DNA of 64,000 nucleotides from Victivallales bacterium (GCA_045594005.1 JAZNXT010000138.1:9034-73033), one strand, 5' to 3'; shown: positions 18,505 through 28,755, counted from the first letter of the stretch. A program made the numbers and translations. The notes: a model not told the origin generated them from the letters alone.

Positions 18505-19557
18505 ATGGAACAAATCAAAAAATTTATTACATGCAGCATTCCGATTACCGCTTGCAATTTGCGTTGTCACTATTGCTATATTACCCAAATGAATTTATGG
18601 AAAAACAAAAAAACAGGCTTTTCCTATTCTGCGGAACATATTGGTAAGTCTTTGACAAAAAAGAGATTGGGTGGAATTTGTATGTTTAACCTTTGTGGAG
18701 ATGGAGAAACGTTATTGCCTCAAGAAACAGTTGACATTGTCTATGCACTGCTACAAGAAGGACATTTTGTCACGATCATAACAAATGCAACATTAACAAA
18801 ACGGATCGAACAATTAATTGCATTCCCTGAAGATTTTCGGGAACGCTTGTTACTGAAATGCTCATTTCAATACTTTGAATTAAAACGACTTAATCTATTG
18901 GGACGTTTCTTTGATAATATACGAAAAGCACGAGCTGCGAATATTTCCATCACTTTGGAACTTGTTGCAAATGATGAAATGATCCCGGATATCCCGGAAA
19001 TAAAACGGCTTTCGGTTGAAAATTTAGGAGCTCCGTGCCATGTAGTAATTCCGCGAGTGAATAATGATCCCGCGCTTCCCGTACTTACAACATTGCCAGA
19101 AGACGAATTTTTGAAGACTTGGTCTGTTTTTGATTCGCCGCTTTTTGATTTTAAGCGGGAAATCTGGGGCATTAACCGTCGTAAATTTTTCTGTTATGCT
19201 GGAGCTTGGGGCGGATTGCTTGATATGGGAACAGGAGACTTTTACCAATGCTATCATGCACCGTGCCTTCAAAATCTTTTCAAAGATACGAATTCTCCAC
19301 TCTGCGAAATTCCTATCGGGCATGAATGCAAGATGGCACATTGCTATAATGGACATGCATTTCTTTCATTCGGCTGTATTCCCGATATGGGAAAAACACC
19401 CGGATATGATGAAATGCGAAATAGGATCTGCCCAGATGGGACTCAATGGTTATCCGAACGCATGAAAAAGTTTTGTGCGACAAAACTCTACGATTCCAAT
19501 AAAAGATGGGGAAAATTACATCAACGTTTCTTCCCTCCCAAGATAAAAAACGATTAA
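18505..19557 (+). CDS. radical SAM protein of unknown function in glycan locus
   Basis: Start chosen at ATG 18505 (GGGAGAG RBS). The CNLRCHYC (CxxxCxxC) motif sits near the N-terminus. The C-terminus is Cys-rich (FFCYAG...YQCYHAPC...PLCEIP...HECKMAHC...FGC). It lies in the lower-GC part of the locus. Confidence 0.85.
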   Translation: MEQIKKFITCSIPITACNLRCHYCYITQMNLWKNKKTGFSYSAEHIGKSLTKKRLGGICMFNLCGDGETLLPQETVDIVYALLQEGHFVTIITNATLTKRIEQLIAFPEDFRERLLLKCSFQYFELKRLNLLGRFFDNIRKARAANISITLELVANDEMIPDIPEIKRLSVENLGAPCHVVIPRVNNDPALPVLTTLPEDEFLKTWSVFDSPLFDFKREIWGINRRKFFCYAGAWGGLLDMGTGDFYQCYHAPCLQNLFKDTNSPLCEIPIGHECKMAHCYNGHAFLSFGCIPDMGKTPGYDEMRNRICPDGTQWLSERMKKFCATKLYDSNKRWGKLHQRFFPPKIKND

Positions 19558-19576
19558 ATTCACTGGAGGATTTACA

Positions 19577-20713
19577 ATGTTTGGCGTAAAAACTTTCCTA
19601 AAAAAACATTTCCCGCTTCGCGAAACAAATTTCAAAGAAGCGATTGATGATCTCAACTGTTCTGTAGAATCAATTGCAAGCAGTTATGGTATCCTAACCG
19701 AGGAAATTAAAAAACAAAAACATCTTGTTGCGTTATCAGAATCGCAGAATTCGGCAAAACACCGTTTTATTTCCATCGGAGTTCATTCCTACCGGAATCT
19801 GGGAGATATTGCGATTACCTATGCACAAAAGTGTTTTATTCACACGCATTTCCCAGACAGTCTCTTTTATCAAATTTCCATTTCTGAATATTTCAATCTG
19901 AAAGATCAGATTATAAATATAATTCGCCCGAATGATACGATTTTACTCTTTGGCGGAGGAAATTTTGGCGATGTTTATCCTGTTGCAGAAGAATTGCGAC
20001 GTTCAGTGATTTTGAATTTCCCCAAAAACAAAATCGTTATTTTTCCGCAAACATATCATTTTTCATCTTCTGAATCGGGAAAAACAGAAGAACAGAAAAC
20101 TGCAGCGATTTACAATCGCCATCGGGATTTGCATATTTTTGCGCGGGAGCAAACATCTTTTCTGTTAATGCAAAAGAACTTTCAAAAAATTCCGATTCAT
20201 TTGGTCCCGGATATGGTATTGACAGAAAGTTGGCATACAAACATTGTGCGATCGGGCGCAATATGTTGTTTGCGATCAGATAAGGAATCAAAACTCACAC
20301 CTCTTGAGAAGGCAAAAATCCGTGGGACTTTGTTAAAAATTTTACAGGTAAAAGAGCTGGACATGCTCATTCCCGGATGTAATCCGATCTCCATTGCTGA
20401 TCATCCGGTTCTTGTGAGCAATCACATGTTTGAATTCAATAAAACGAAACTGGTAGTAACAGATCGGCTTCATGGAATGATTTTTGCTGCGGTGACAAAA
20501 ACTCCATGTATTGTATTTGAAAATTATGATCATAAAATCCGTTCATTCTATAATACATGGCTAAAGGATTCCTTTCCGAACATCCGCTTGTTGGAAAACA
20601 TGGATCTTTTGGAACAGAATGTAAGAGAATTTCTATCTGCACCTCCTGAATCTACAGATATATCCCTGCTGCAAGGTTCCTATCGGGAACTGTTGAATAC
20701 TTTGACCCCGTAA
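19577..20713 (+). CDS. polysaccharide pyruvyl transferase family protein (CsaB/WcaK-like)
   Basis: 378 aa with a GGAGGA RBS. It has NLGDIAITYAQ near the N-terminus and the C-terminal VVTDRLHGMIFAAVTKTPCIVF motif typical of the PS_pyruv_trans family. Confidence 0.8.
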   Translation: MFGVKTFLKKHFPLRETNFKEAIDDLNCSVESIASSYGILTEEIKKQKHLVALSESQNSAKHRFISIGVHSYRNLGDIAITYAQKCFIHTHFPDSLFYQISISEYFNLKDQIINIIRPNDTILLFGGGNFGDVYPVAEELRRSVILNFPKNKIVIFPQTYHFSSSESGKTEEQKTAAIYNRHRDLHIFAREQTSFLLMQKNFQKIPIHLVPDMVLTESWHTNIVRSGAICCLRSDKESKLTPLEKAKIRGTLLKILQVKELDMLIPGCNPISIADHPVLVSNHMFEFNKTKLVVTDRLHGMIFAAVTKTPCIVFENYDHKIRSFYNTWLKDSFPNIRLLENMDLLEQNVREFLSAPPESTDISLLQGSYRELLNTLTP

Positions 20714-20729
20714 AACGGATTTCGCTGTT

Positions 20730-21767
20730 ATGGTTTCAATTATTGTTCCTGTTTACAATGTGAAAAAATATCTGCGGGAATGCCTTGACAGTGTTCTGGC
20801 TCAAACATTCTCCGATTTTGAAGTCATTTGTGTCAATGACGGATCCACAGACGGCAGTCCTGCCATTCTGGAAGAATATGCCGCGAAGGATCTGCGGATA
20901 AAAATAGTCCATCAGGAAAACTCCGGGCTTTCAGATGCGCGAAATACAGGTATGTCTTTTGCACAGGGAAAATATCTTTATTTTCTGGACAGTGATGACT
21001 GGATCGAACCGGACACATTGGAAGTCTGCCACAATACGGCAGAGGAAAATCAGCTGGATGAATTGATTTTCAACCGGATTGAATTTTACGAAAATGAAGA
21101 CATGGAAAATATGTTCCGGGAAAAAGAAAAGAGTCAATTCAGAACGACTGCCGTAATGGAAGGGAAAGCTCTTTTTGCGTCTGCCATGCAGAATGGCACA
21201 TTCCGCTCTCCGGTTCCGTTCCGTTTTTTACGCAGGGAATTTCTTCTTGAAAACGGTTTGCGCTTTTACAGCAAATTGATCCATGAGGATGATTTATTCT
21301 CAACACAATGTGCCTTTTTATCAAAGAGATCCATGTATATTGATAAATATTTTTACCATCAACGGCGCAGAGAAAATTCCATCATGACAAAACAGGTGTC
21401 TTTTCAGCGTTTTATTTCCTGTGCGATCATTCATCGTGAATTTTCTGCATTGCTGTTGGCTTGTATCGGAACCGAAGCAGAAAAAGCACTTGCGCTGTAT
21501 ATGGAGCGCAACTTATTTCGTGCGACTGCTTTCTATAAAAAGTTGGAAAAAGCAGAATTCTACGCAGAATATAAAAAATATCCGGAGTTGCAATCTTTCT
21601 ATGGGTTCCTGCCGCTTTCTGATGTGCAGAACAGAAAAAGTTACCGGGAGGGAGCCAAAGATAAAGCAGAAGAAATTACCTCCGGTCTGACCTGGAGATT
21701 GGGGCATATCCTTCTGTGGCTTCCGCTGAAGATCGTGCAGCTGTTGAAAGGGCGGAAAAATGGCTGA
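20730..21767 (+). CDS. family 2 glycosyltransferase (paralogue 1)
   Basis: The N-terminus is VSIIVPVYNVKKYLRECLDSVLAQTFSDFEVICVNDGSTDGS, with LDSDDW as the DxD motif. The C-terminal tail is LWLPLKIVQLLKGRKNG. Confidence 0.9.
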   Translation: MVSIIVPVYNVKKYLRECLDSVLAQTFSDFEVICVNDGSTDGSPAILEEYAAKDLRIKIVHQENSGLSDARNTGMSFAQGKYLYFLDSDDWIEPDTLEVCHNTAEENQLDELIFNRIEFYENEDMENMFREKEKSQFRTTAVMEGKALFASAMQNGTFRSPVPFRFLRREFLLENGLRFYSKLIHEDDLFSTQCAFLSKRSMYIDKYFYHQRRRENSIMTKQVSFQRFISCAIIHREFSALLLACIGTEAEKALALYMERNLFRATAFYKKLEKAEFYAEYKKYPELQSFYGFLPLSDVQNRKSYREGAKDKAEEITSGLTWRLGHILLWLPLKIVQLLKGRKNG

Positions 21768-22836
21768 AATATCTGTTGTCATTCCTGTTTACAATGTGGA
21801 GCAATACCTGCGGGAGTGTCTGGATTCATTATTGGCACAAACTTTTACAGATTGGGAAGCCATCTGCGTGAATGACGGTTCACCGGATGACAGTCTTTCC
21901 ATTTTGGAAAAATATGCAGCAGCAGATCAACGGTTTAAAATTATCTGCCGGGAAAACGGTGGTCTTTCCGCTGCCAGAAATACGGGTGTTCATGCAACAT
22001 CAGGAAAATATCTTTACTTTCTGGATAGTGATGATTGGATAAAACCGGAATTGCTGCAGCTCTGCTATGAAAAGGCGGAAAAATATCAGTTGGACATTTT
22101 ATATTTCGGCTTTATTCCTCTTTTTGAACACGGTCTTTCGTCTGATGAAAGTTATCCTTTTGATGAAAGTATTTGTAATCGTGTTTTCACTGGAACGGAC
22201 TTCTTTAAGACTGCAGAAACAACTCAAAGTTGGTATCCGGCGGCGTGGCTGCGTTTTTATAGAAGAAGTTTTTATACGGAACATAATTTGCAATATTGTG
22301 AGGGAATTCTTTATGAAGATCTACACCTCCATATTGGATCGGATCTCCTGGCTAAACGGGTGATGCCGTTGAAAGAAAAATTGTATTTTTACCGGATCCG
22401 TAAAAATTCGATTATGTCCCGACAAAAACAAATCCATGATCTTTACTCCAGATGGCTCATCCATAAAAGGATGAATATGGTTTTTCAAAAGTATTTCTCG
22501 GAAAATGATCCTGCCTTCATTCGTGCGATGTTGCTCAGAATACGCAAAAATACTGCGATGGCAACAACTATCTTAAAAAATCTGGATCCGAAAATTGTAT
22601 ATAAATACATTGCGGAACACCCTGAAATGAACGAGTTTTTCGTTTTTCTCTCAAATGAATTGGATATACAGAACGAAAATCAGAAAATGCAGGATATTCT
22701 TTTACAAAAACATGACTGCTTACAGGAAAAACTGGATTTTATACTGAATCATTCCATCTCCTACAAGGTCGGCAAGGCAGTCACATGGCTGCCGCAGAAG
22801 ATCATGCAACTGCTGAAAGGATGCAAAAATGGCTGA
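21760..22836 (+). CDS. family 2 glycosyltransferase (paralogue 2)
   Basis: The N-terminus is MAEISVVIPVYNVEQYLRECLDS...CVNDGSPDDS, with LDSDDW. The start overlaps the upstream stop by 8 nt (ATGGCTGA). The tail is SISYKVGKAVTWLPQKIMQLLKGCKNG. Confidence 0.9.
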   Translation: MAEISVVIPVYNVEQYLRECLDSLLAQTFTDWEAICVNDGSPDDSLSILEKYAAADQRFKIICRENGGLSAARNTGVHATSGKYLYFLDSDDWIKPELLQLCYEKAEKYQLDILYFGFIPLFEHGLSSDESYPFDESICNRVFTGTDFFKTAETTQSWYPAAWLRFYRRSFYTEHNLQYCEGILYEDLHLHIGSDLLAKRVMPLKEKLYFYRIRKNSIMSRQKQIHDLYSRWLIHKRMNMVFQKYFSENDPAFIRAMLLRIRKNTAMATTILKNLDPKIVYKYIAEHPEMNEFFVFLSNELDIQNENQKMQDILLQKHDCLQEKLDFILNHSISYKVGKAVTWLPQKIMQLLKGCKNG

Positions 22837-23944
22837 AATTTCAATCATCATGCCCGTTTACAATGTGGAAAAATATCTGACGGAATGTCTGGATTCCCTG
22901 CTGGCACAGACTTTTACAGACTGGGAGGCGATCTGTGTTAATGATGGATCAAAGGACAGCAGTCTTTCCATTCTTCAGCAATATGCGGAAAAAGACTGCC
23001 GGATCAGGATATTGGATCAGGACAACAGCGGAGCTGCCGCATCCCGCAACAATGGCATGAAACTTGCCACGGGCAGATACTGGATATTTCTCGACAGCGA
23101 TGACCGTTTCCTGCCGAAAATGCTGCAAAGTCTTTATGAAAACGCAACCGCGACCGACGCAGAAGTCACGATGTGCGCCTATGATGTTTTCGATTCAAAC
23201 TCCGGCAATACCTGTTATCGTTTTTTCTATCCGGAATATATGTCTGTATTAAATACATTCAGCTTGAAAGAGAAACACACGATACCATTGCAGGATTTTC
23301 AGCCGGCTCCGTGGGTCTATCTCTATCAAGCCGATTATATCCGGAAACTTGATCTGCGATTCCAGGATCTGCCGCGCTCCAATGATTTGTTTTTTACCCG
23401 CGCCGCATTGCTTCATGCCGACAGACTCGCCATAGTCAATAAAATTCTCGTAAATTACCGGGTGGGAATGACAACTAATCTGCAAAGCGGGAATTCAAAA
23501 TCGCCGTTGGCTTTTCTGCAGGCAATGTATGCGCTGGCAGATTATTTAAAAAAGAATGAACTCTTTACCATTTATAAGACACGTTTTGCCATTGACCTTC
23601 TGCGCTTGTGTAAATACAATCTTTCCACACAAAAAAATGAATCCGGCTTTACCGTATTGTTTGAGGAAATCCGGCAAAGTGTATTGCCCTGCTATTGGAA
23701 AAATATAAATATCACGGAAATTCCTGAAAAAACAACAGCATTTTATCAACGCATTTCCCAGGCGCAAACACCGATAGATTATTTTATCCTTTGGCAGAAA
23801 GACGAACAAATTATGCGAAACAATCTCTATGCTGAAATAGAAAAACAATCTGCTCTCTATGAAGCGATCAAAAATTCCGGATCCTATAAAATCGGCAGAT
23901 TTATTCTCACGCCTTTGGACTGGATCAGGAGATTATTCCGATGA
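22829..23944 (+). CDS. family 2 glycosyltransferase (paralogue 3)
   Basis: The N-terminus is MAEISIIMPVYNVEKYLTECLDS...CVNDGSKDSS, with LDSDDR. It shows the same 8-nt ATGGCTGA overlap. The tail is SGSYKIGRFILTPLDWIRRLFR. Confidence 0.9.
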   Translation: MAEISIIMPVYNVEKYLTECLDSLLAQTFTDWEAICVNDGSKDSSLSILQQYAEKDCRIRILDQDNSGAAASRNNGMKLATGRYWIFLDSDDRFLPKMLQSLYENATATDAEVTMCAYDVFDSNSGNTCYRFFYPEYMSVLNTFSLKEKHTIPLQDFQPAPWVYLYQADYIRKLDLRFQDLPRSNDLFFTRAALLHADRLAIVNKILVNYRVGMTTNLQSGNSKSPLAFLQAMYALADYLKKNELFTIYKTRFAIDLLRLCKYNLSTQKNESGFTVLFEEIRQSVLPCYWKNINITEIPEKTTAFYQRISQAQTPIDYFILWQKDEQIMRNNLYAEIEKQSALYEAIKNSGSYKIGRFILTPLDWIRRLFR

Positions 23945-25014
23945 AAGTTTCTATTGTCATTCCCGTTTATAATGTAGAGCTTTATCTGCGTCAGTGTCTG
24001 GAAAGCGTACTGGCACAGACTTTTTCTGACTTTGAAGCAATTTGTGTTAATGACGGCTCCACAGATGACAGCCTTGCGATTCTGAAAGAATTTGCCGCAA
24101 AAGATCCCCGGTTCAGGATCATTGAACAGCCCAACGGCGGACTTTCCGCCGCAAGAAATACAGGTGCTGAGAAAGCACAGGGGAAATATCTTTATTTCCT
24201 CGACAGTGATGATTGGATCGAACCGGATCTGCTGCAACGTTGTTATGAAACAGCAGAACTGTATGATACAGATGAGGTGATTTTCGGTTTCGTACCAGAA
24301 TATGAAGAAGGAGCTGAAAAACAAAATCTTGCACAAAAAGCTCTGTTTCCTCCCGGAGAAATAAAAAGCGGCAAAGAATATTTTACCGCAATGGAATTAG
24401 CAGGTTATTACCATCAGTGTGCCTGGATCCGTTTTATGAAACGGAATTTTTACAAACAAAACAGTTTTTCGTATATGCCTGGAGTTCTGTATGAAGATGC
24501 TATATTGCATATAACTGCCGATTTGTTGGCTGAACGCGTTGTGTATTTGGATATAGAGTTATATCATTACAGAATCAGAAATAAATCAATTATGCGCTCC
24601 TCATTCACATTCCGCAATATCTATTCTTACTGGTGCTGTGAAAGAAATGTTAATCTTCTACTGGAAAAATATTCTGAAATCCATGATCTTTGTCAGGCTC
24701 TTTTTTTATATCGTGCAGAAATTTTGCGTAGTACGGCAAAACGAATAGCACAAGTTCCAAAAAATGAACTTGAAGAAGGAATAAGAAAATATCCGGAAAT
24801 AAAATCTTTTCTGTTTTCGGTGAACACGATCAAAGCGGATCTGCATTATTTTGATATGATGATCCGGGATTACGGCTGGAATGAAACAGAAATCTTGCGA
24901 GAGAAAATGGATTTTATACTGCATCGTTCCATTTCTTATAAGGTCGGGAAAGTTATCATGTGGTTGCCGCAGAAGATCATGCAACTTCTGAAAGGGCTTT
25001 TCAAACATGGCTGA
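23941..25014 (+). CDS. family 2 glycosyltransferase (paralogue 4)
   Basis: The N-terminus is MKVSIVIPVYNVELYLRQCLES...CVNDGSTDDS, with an ATGA overlap to the upstream gene. By eye it is closest to paralogue 2. The tail is SISYKVGKVIMWLPQKIMQLLKGLFKHG. Confidence 0.9.
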   Translation: MKVSIVIPVYNVELYLRQCLESVLAQTFSDFEAICVNDGSTDDSLAILKEFAAKDPRFRIIEQPNGGLSAARNTGAEKAQGKYLYFLDSDDWIEPDLLQRCYETAELYDTDEVIFGFVPEYEEGAEKQNLAQKALFPPGEIKSGKEYFTAMELAGYYHQCAWIRFMKRNFYKQNSFSYMPGVLYEDAILHITADLLAERVVYLDIELYHYRIRNKSIMRSSFTFRNIYSYWCCERNVNLLLEKYSEIHDLCQALFLYRAEILRSTAKRIAQVPKNELEEGIRKYPEIKSFLFSVNTIKADLHYFDMMIRDYGWNETEILREKMDFILHRSISYKVGKVIMWLPQKIMQLLKGLFKHG

Positions 25015-26008
25015 AATTTCTGTCATCATCCCCGTTTACAATGTGGAGAAATATCTCGCGGAATGTCTGGAAAGCGTCCGGATCCAATCCTTTAAAGACT
25101 GGGAGGCGATTTGCGTCAACGATGGTGCCACAGACAACAGCCCTGCGATCCTGAAAGAGTTTGCAGCGAAGGATCCCCGGTTCAGGATCATTGAACAGGA
25201 AAACGGCGGACTTTCCGCCGCAAGAAATGCCGGAGTGCGCGCGGTCACCGGGAAATACATCTATTTTCTGGACAGCGATGATCTGATCACTCCGGATGCA
25301 TTGCAATGGATGTATGAAACTGCCGAACTGCACAAGACAGATCTTCTTCATTTCGCCGGGGAGCCGTTTTATGAGCCGGGCGTGGAAAAAGATCCTTTTG
25401 AAGAACAGGATTTTTTCAAAGGGCAGTATGGGGAATGTGTTTCCGGGGATGTGCTTCTTCTTCAGATGCTCCGGAAAAATGACTGGAATCCCGGTGTGGT
25501 TTACCGGTTCTACCGGAAAGATTTTTATACGGAAAATCATTTGTCTTTCCACGAAGGGGTCCTGCATGAAGATGAAGCATTTTCCCTGATCGCAGATCTT
25601 TCTGCAAAACGGACGATGCGGCAGAATAAGATCTGCTACCGCCGCCGCGTCCGGGCAGGATCCATTATGACGTTTTCCTCTGCGGCACGGCATCTTACAG
25701 GGTGTCTGACAGCATACGATGACATTCAGAAGTTTTTGAATACAAAACACTTTCCTGCGGAAGTGACAGATTTTATCCGGCGGCGTCTGGCGTGTCTGCT
25801 GCTCACGGCAAAAAAATATCTGCCGGAAGATCCGGATACAACACTTCTTCAGCGGATCGCGGATGCGGAAAAATTCATTGCAGAAGCGGAAGCGGCAGAT
25901 GAACGCGCCAACCGTAAATTTTTGGATCGTCTCTTTGCACCGCTGCGTTGTCTGCGTGAAAATGGATTGCGTTACACTCTCAAAAGGATTTTTGGTAAAA
26001 AATCTTGA
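25007..26008 (+). CDS. family 2 glycosyltransferase (paralogue 5)
   Basis: The N-terminus is MAEISVIIPVYNVEKYLAECLES...CVNDGATDNS, with the 8-nt ATGGCTGA overlap. The tail is CLRENGLRYTLKRIFGKKS. Confidence 0.9.
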   Translation: MAEISVIIPVYNVEKYLAECLESVRIQSFKDWEAICVNDGATDNSPAILKEFAAKDPRFRIIEQENGGLSAARNAGVRAVTGKYIYFLDSDDLITPDALQWMYETAELHKTDLLHFAGEPFYEPGVEKDPFEEQDFFKGQYGECVSGDVLLLQMLRKNDWNPGVVYRFYRKDFYTENHLSFHEGVLHEDEAFSLIADLSAKRTMRQNKICYRRRVRAGSIMTFSSAARHLTGCLTAYDDIQKFLNTKHFPAEVTDFIRRRLACLLLTAKKYLPEDPDTTLLQRIADAEKFIAEAEAADERANRKFLDRLFAPLRCLRENGLRYTLKRIFGKKS

Positions 26009-26076
26009 ATTTTTCCGTGCGCGTGATATATTATAAGCGTTGAAGAATATATTTTACCATCATCAGGAGTGCGAAT

Positions 26077-27444
26077 ATGAAAAAGATCCTTTGTATCGGA
26101 GCGGGGTATGTGGGCGGACCGACTATGGCAGTGGTCGCAGCAAAATGCCCGGATTATCAGGTTACGGTGGTGGACCAGAATGCAGAAAAGATCGCGGCGT
26201 GGAATTCGGATCATCTTCCGATCTATGAACCGGGTCTGGATGAGATCGTTTTCGCGCAGCGCGGCAAAAATCTTTTCTATTCCACAGACATTGTGAAGGG
26301 GATCAGGGAAGCGGATATTATTTTCGTTTCTGTGAATACGCCTACGAAACTCCACGGGATCGGCGCGGGCAAAGCCTCCGATCTGCAATATATCGAAAAA
26401 GCCGCGCGGATGATCGCGGAACACGCGGAAACCGACAAAGTGGTGGTGGAAAAAAGCACTCTGCCCGTCCGCACGGCGGCGGCACTGGAACGGATCCTCA
26501 GCCAGAATGCGAAGGGCAGAAAGTTCAGTGTTGTTTCCAATCCGGAATTTCTTGCGGAAGGGACGGCTATCGAAGATTTGTTCAATCCCGACCGCGTCCT
26601 TATCGGCGGTTCCGATACGCCGGAAGGTCGGCACGGCGTGGATGAGATCGTGGCGATTTATGCGCAATGGGTCCCCCGCGACCGCATCGTTACCACAAAT
26701 CTGTGGTCCAGCGAACTGACCAAACTGGTTTCCAATGCGTTGCTTGCACAGCGTATTTCTGCAGTCAACGGGCTTTCCGCGCTCTGCGAAGAAACGGGTG
26801 CGGATATTGACGAAGTGGCGGCGGCGGCAGGCAGGGACAAACGGATCGGCTCAAAATTCCTGAAAGCGGGGATCGGATTCGGCGGTTCCTGTTTCAAAAA
26901 AGATTTGCTGAATCTGGTTTATCTCTGTGAATTTTACGGTCTGCCGGAAGTTGCGGCATTCTGGGAAAACGTGTTGAAGATCAATGAGTTTCAGGCAAAG
27001 CGTTTTGTGCAGAAGGTCCTCAGCAATATGTTCAATACCGTCACCGGGAAAAAGATCGCCATCTTCGGTTATGCGTTCAAGGAAAATACCGGAGACACCC
27101 GGGAAACGCCGTCAAAAACAGTGGCAGATCTGCTGATCAACGATGGAGCTGTTCTGGCGATCCACGACCCCAAAGCATTGCCCAATGCCCGCACGGAAAT
27201 GGCGTATGCCGGTGACGCGGTGACCTTCTGTGAAGATCCCTACGAAGCGGTGAAAGACGCCCATGCGCTGCTGGTGCTGACGCCGTGGGAATGTTTCAAC
27301 GAACTGGATTATAAAAAGATCTTCGACAGCATGAGCAAGCCCGCGTTCCTTTTTGACGGGCGCAATAAACTGGATCACAATGCGCTGTTTGAAATGGGCT
27401 TCAATGTGTTCCCCATCGGAAAAGATGCGAAAACGCATTTCTGA
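26077..27444 (+). CDS. ugd: UDP-glucose 6-dehydrogenase
   Basis: 455 aa with an AGGAG RBS. N-terminal Rossmann motif KILCIGAGYVGGPT and catalytic-Cys context GFGGSCFKKD. Length and layout match the long UGDH type. Confidence 0.95.
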   Translation: MKKILCIGAGYVGGPTMAVVAAKCPDYQVTVVDQNAEKIAAWNSDHLPIYEPGLDEIVFAQRGKNLFYSTDIVKGIREADIIFVSVNTPTKLHGIGAGKASDLQYIEKAARMIAEHAETDKVVVEKSTLPVRTAAALERILSQNAKGRKFSVVSNPEFLAEGTAIEDLFNPDRVLIGGSDTPEGRHGVDEIVAIYAQWVPRDRIVTTNLWSSELTKLVSNALLAQRISAVNGLSALCEETGADIDEVAAAAGRDKRIGSKFLKAGIGFGGSCFKKDLLNLVYLCEFYGLPEVAAFWENVLKINEFQAKRFVQKVLSNMFNTVTGKKIAIFGYAFKENTGDTRETPSKTVADLLINDGAVLAIHDPKALPNARTEMAYAGDAVTFCEDPYEAVKDAHALLVLTPWECFNELDYKKIFDSMSKPAFLFDGRNKLDHNALFEMGFNVFPIGKDAKTHF

Positions 27445-27452
27445 TCTCTGCT

Positions 27453-28520
27453 ATGAGTTGTAAAGTTTCCATCATCGTCCCGGTTTACAATGGTGAAGCG
27501 TTCCTGCGGGAATGTCTTGACAGCGTCAGACAACAGACCTTGACGGATTTTGAAGTCATCTGCATTGATGACGGCTCCGCGGATTCCTCTGCAGAAATTC
27601 TCCGTGAATATGCAGAAAAAGATCCCCGTTTCAAAGCGGTCTGCCGGGAAAACCGGGGTGTTTCCGCGACCAGAAACGAAGGGTTGGCTCTTGCACAGGG
27701 TGATTATATTCTGACATTGGATTGCGATGATCTCTATCCTTCCCGCCATGTTCTTGAAGCAATGGTGGAAGCGGCGAAAGCACAGAATGCCGATATCGTG
27801 GGCGGATCTCTCGGAGAGTTTTTTCCGGACGGCAGAAAGATTCTGGAATTCAGCGGCAAAAAATCCGGCTATACATTTACGCGGAATGGGTGGCTGGATT
27901 TTTCAGATTTTGCATTTGAATACGGCTGCCCGCGATTCCTTTTCCGGCGGTCGTTGCTGAAACAGTACAAACTGTGCTATCCGCCTTACAGGGCTTATGA
28001 AGATCCCGTTTTTCTGGTAAAAGTGATGGCGGTTACGAAAAAATTTTATGCCATTCCGGATCTGGTCTATCTGTACCGGCAGCGGGAAAAGCAGATCGCT
28101 TACACCGCAGATAAGATCCGGGATATCGTCTGCGGCGGCTGTGACATCATGTTTATGGCGTATGATAACGGTTTTACGAAACTTCACGAAAAATATGCAA
28201 CGCAATTTTTCGGGGATTTCTCCGAAGAAAATGCAGTGGGTTCGCTCTGTATGAAAATGATCGTTGCGGGAGATGAAACGGTGACGGATCGCCTGTTCCA
28301 AACTTCCCTTGAAGCCAATGATGACCGACTTCTTCCGCCGCTGCAGAAGATCCTCGGAAAAGATGTGAAAGCGAGTCATTTCAGCCGGACTTATTTCAGA
28401 TCTTCGGAATGGCGCAGCAGGATCAAACGCTATGAATTACGCCGCAAGGTACGCGGTTTCTTTATCTGTCTGAAGGAAAACGGATTGAGCTACACGCTCA
28501 AACGACTATTTGTACATTGA
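27453..28520 (+). CDS. family 2 glycosyltransferase (paralogue 6)
   Basis: The N-terminus is KVSIIVPVYNGEAFLRECLDSVRQQTLTDFEVICIDDGSADSS, with LDCDD. The tail CLKENGLSYTLKRLFVH is of the same type as paralogue 5. Confidence 0.9.
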   Translation: MSCKVSIIVPVYNGEAFLRECLDSVRQQTLTDFEVICIDDGSADSSAEILREYAEKDPRFKAVCRENRGVSATRNEGLALAQGDYILTLDCDDLYPSRHVLEAMVEAAKAQNADIVGGSLGEFFPDGRKILEFSGKKSGYTFTRNGWLDFSDFAFEYGCPRFLFRRSLLKQYKLCYPPYRAYEDPVFLVKVMAVTKKFYAIPDLVYLYRQREKQIAYTADKIRDIVCGGCDIMFMAYDNGFTKLHEKYATQFFGDFSEENAVGSLCMKMIVAGDETVTDRLFQTSLEANDDRLLPPLQKILGKDVKASHFSRTYFRSSEWRSRIKRYELRRKVRGFFICLKENGLSYTLKRLFVH

Positions 28521-28755
28521 TTGTTTTTACAGAAAAATCTTCCGTATTCCGGGAATCAATGACAATATATAGCACTATCAAACGGACATTCAAGAAAATG
28601 GTTTTATCAAAAAACATGTTTCTATAATATACTTCCCCATCAGAAAATTACAAAAAAGATTATGGTAATTTCATTGATTTTTTACAGATGACAACTTGAT
28701 TTTTTCTTTTTCTCATCCATATTTATACACAGCAAGCGGAACGAAAGGATTTTTT

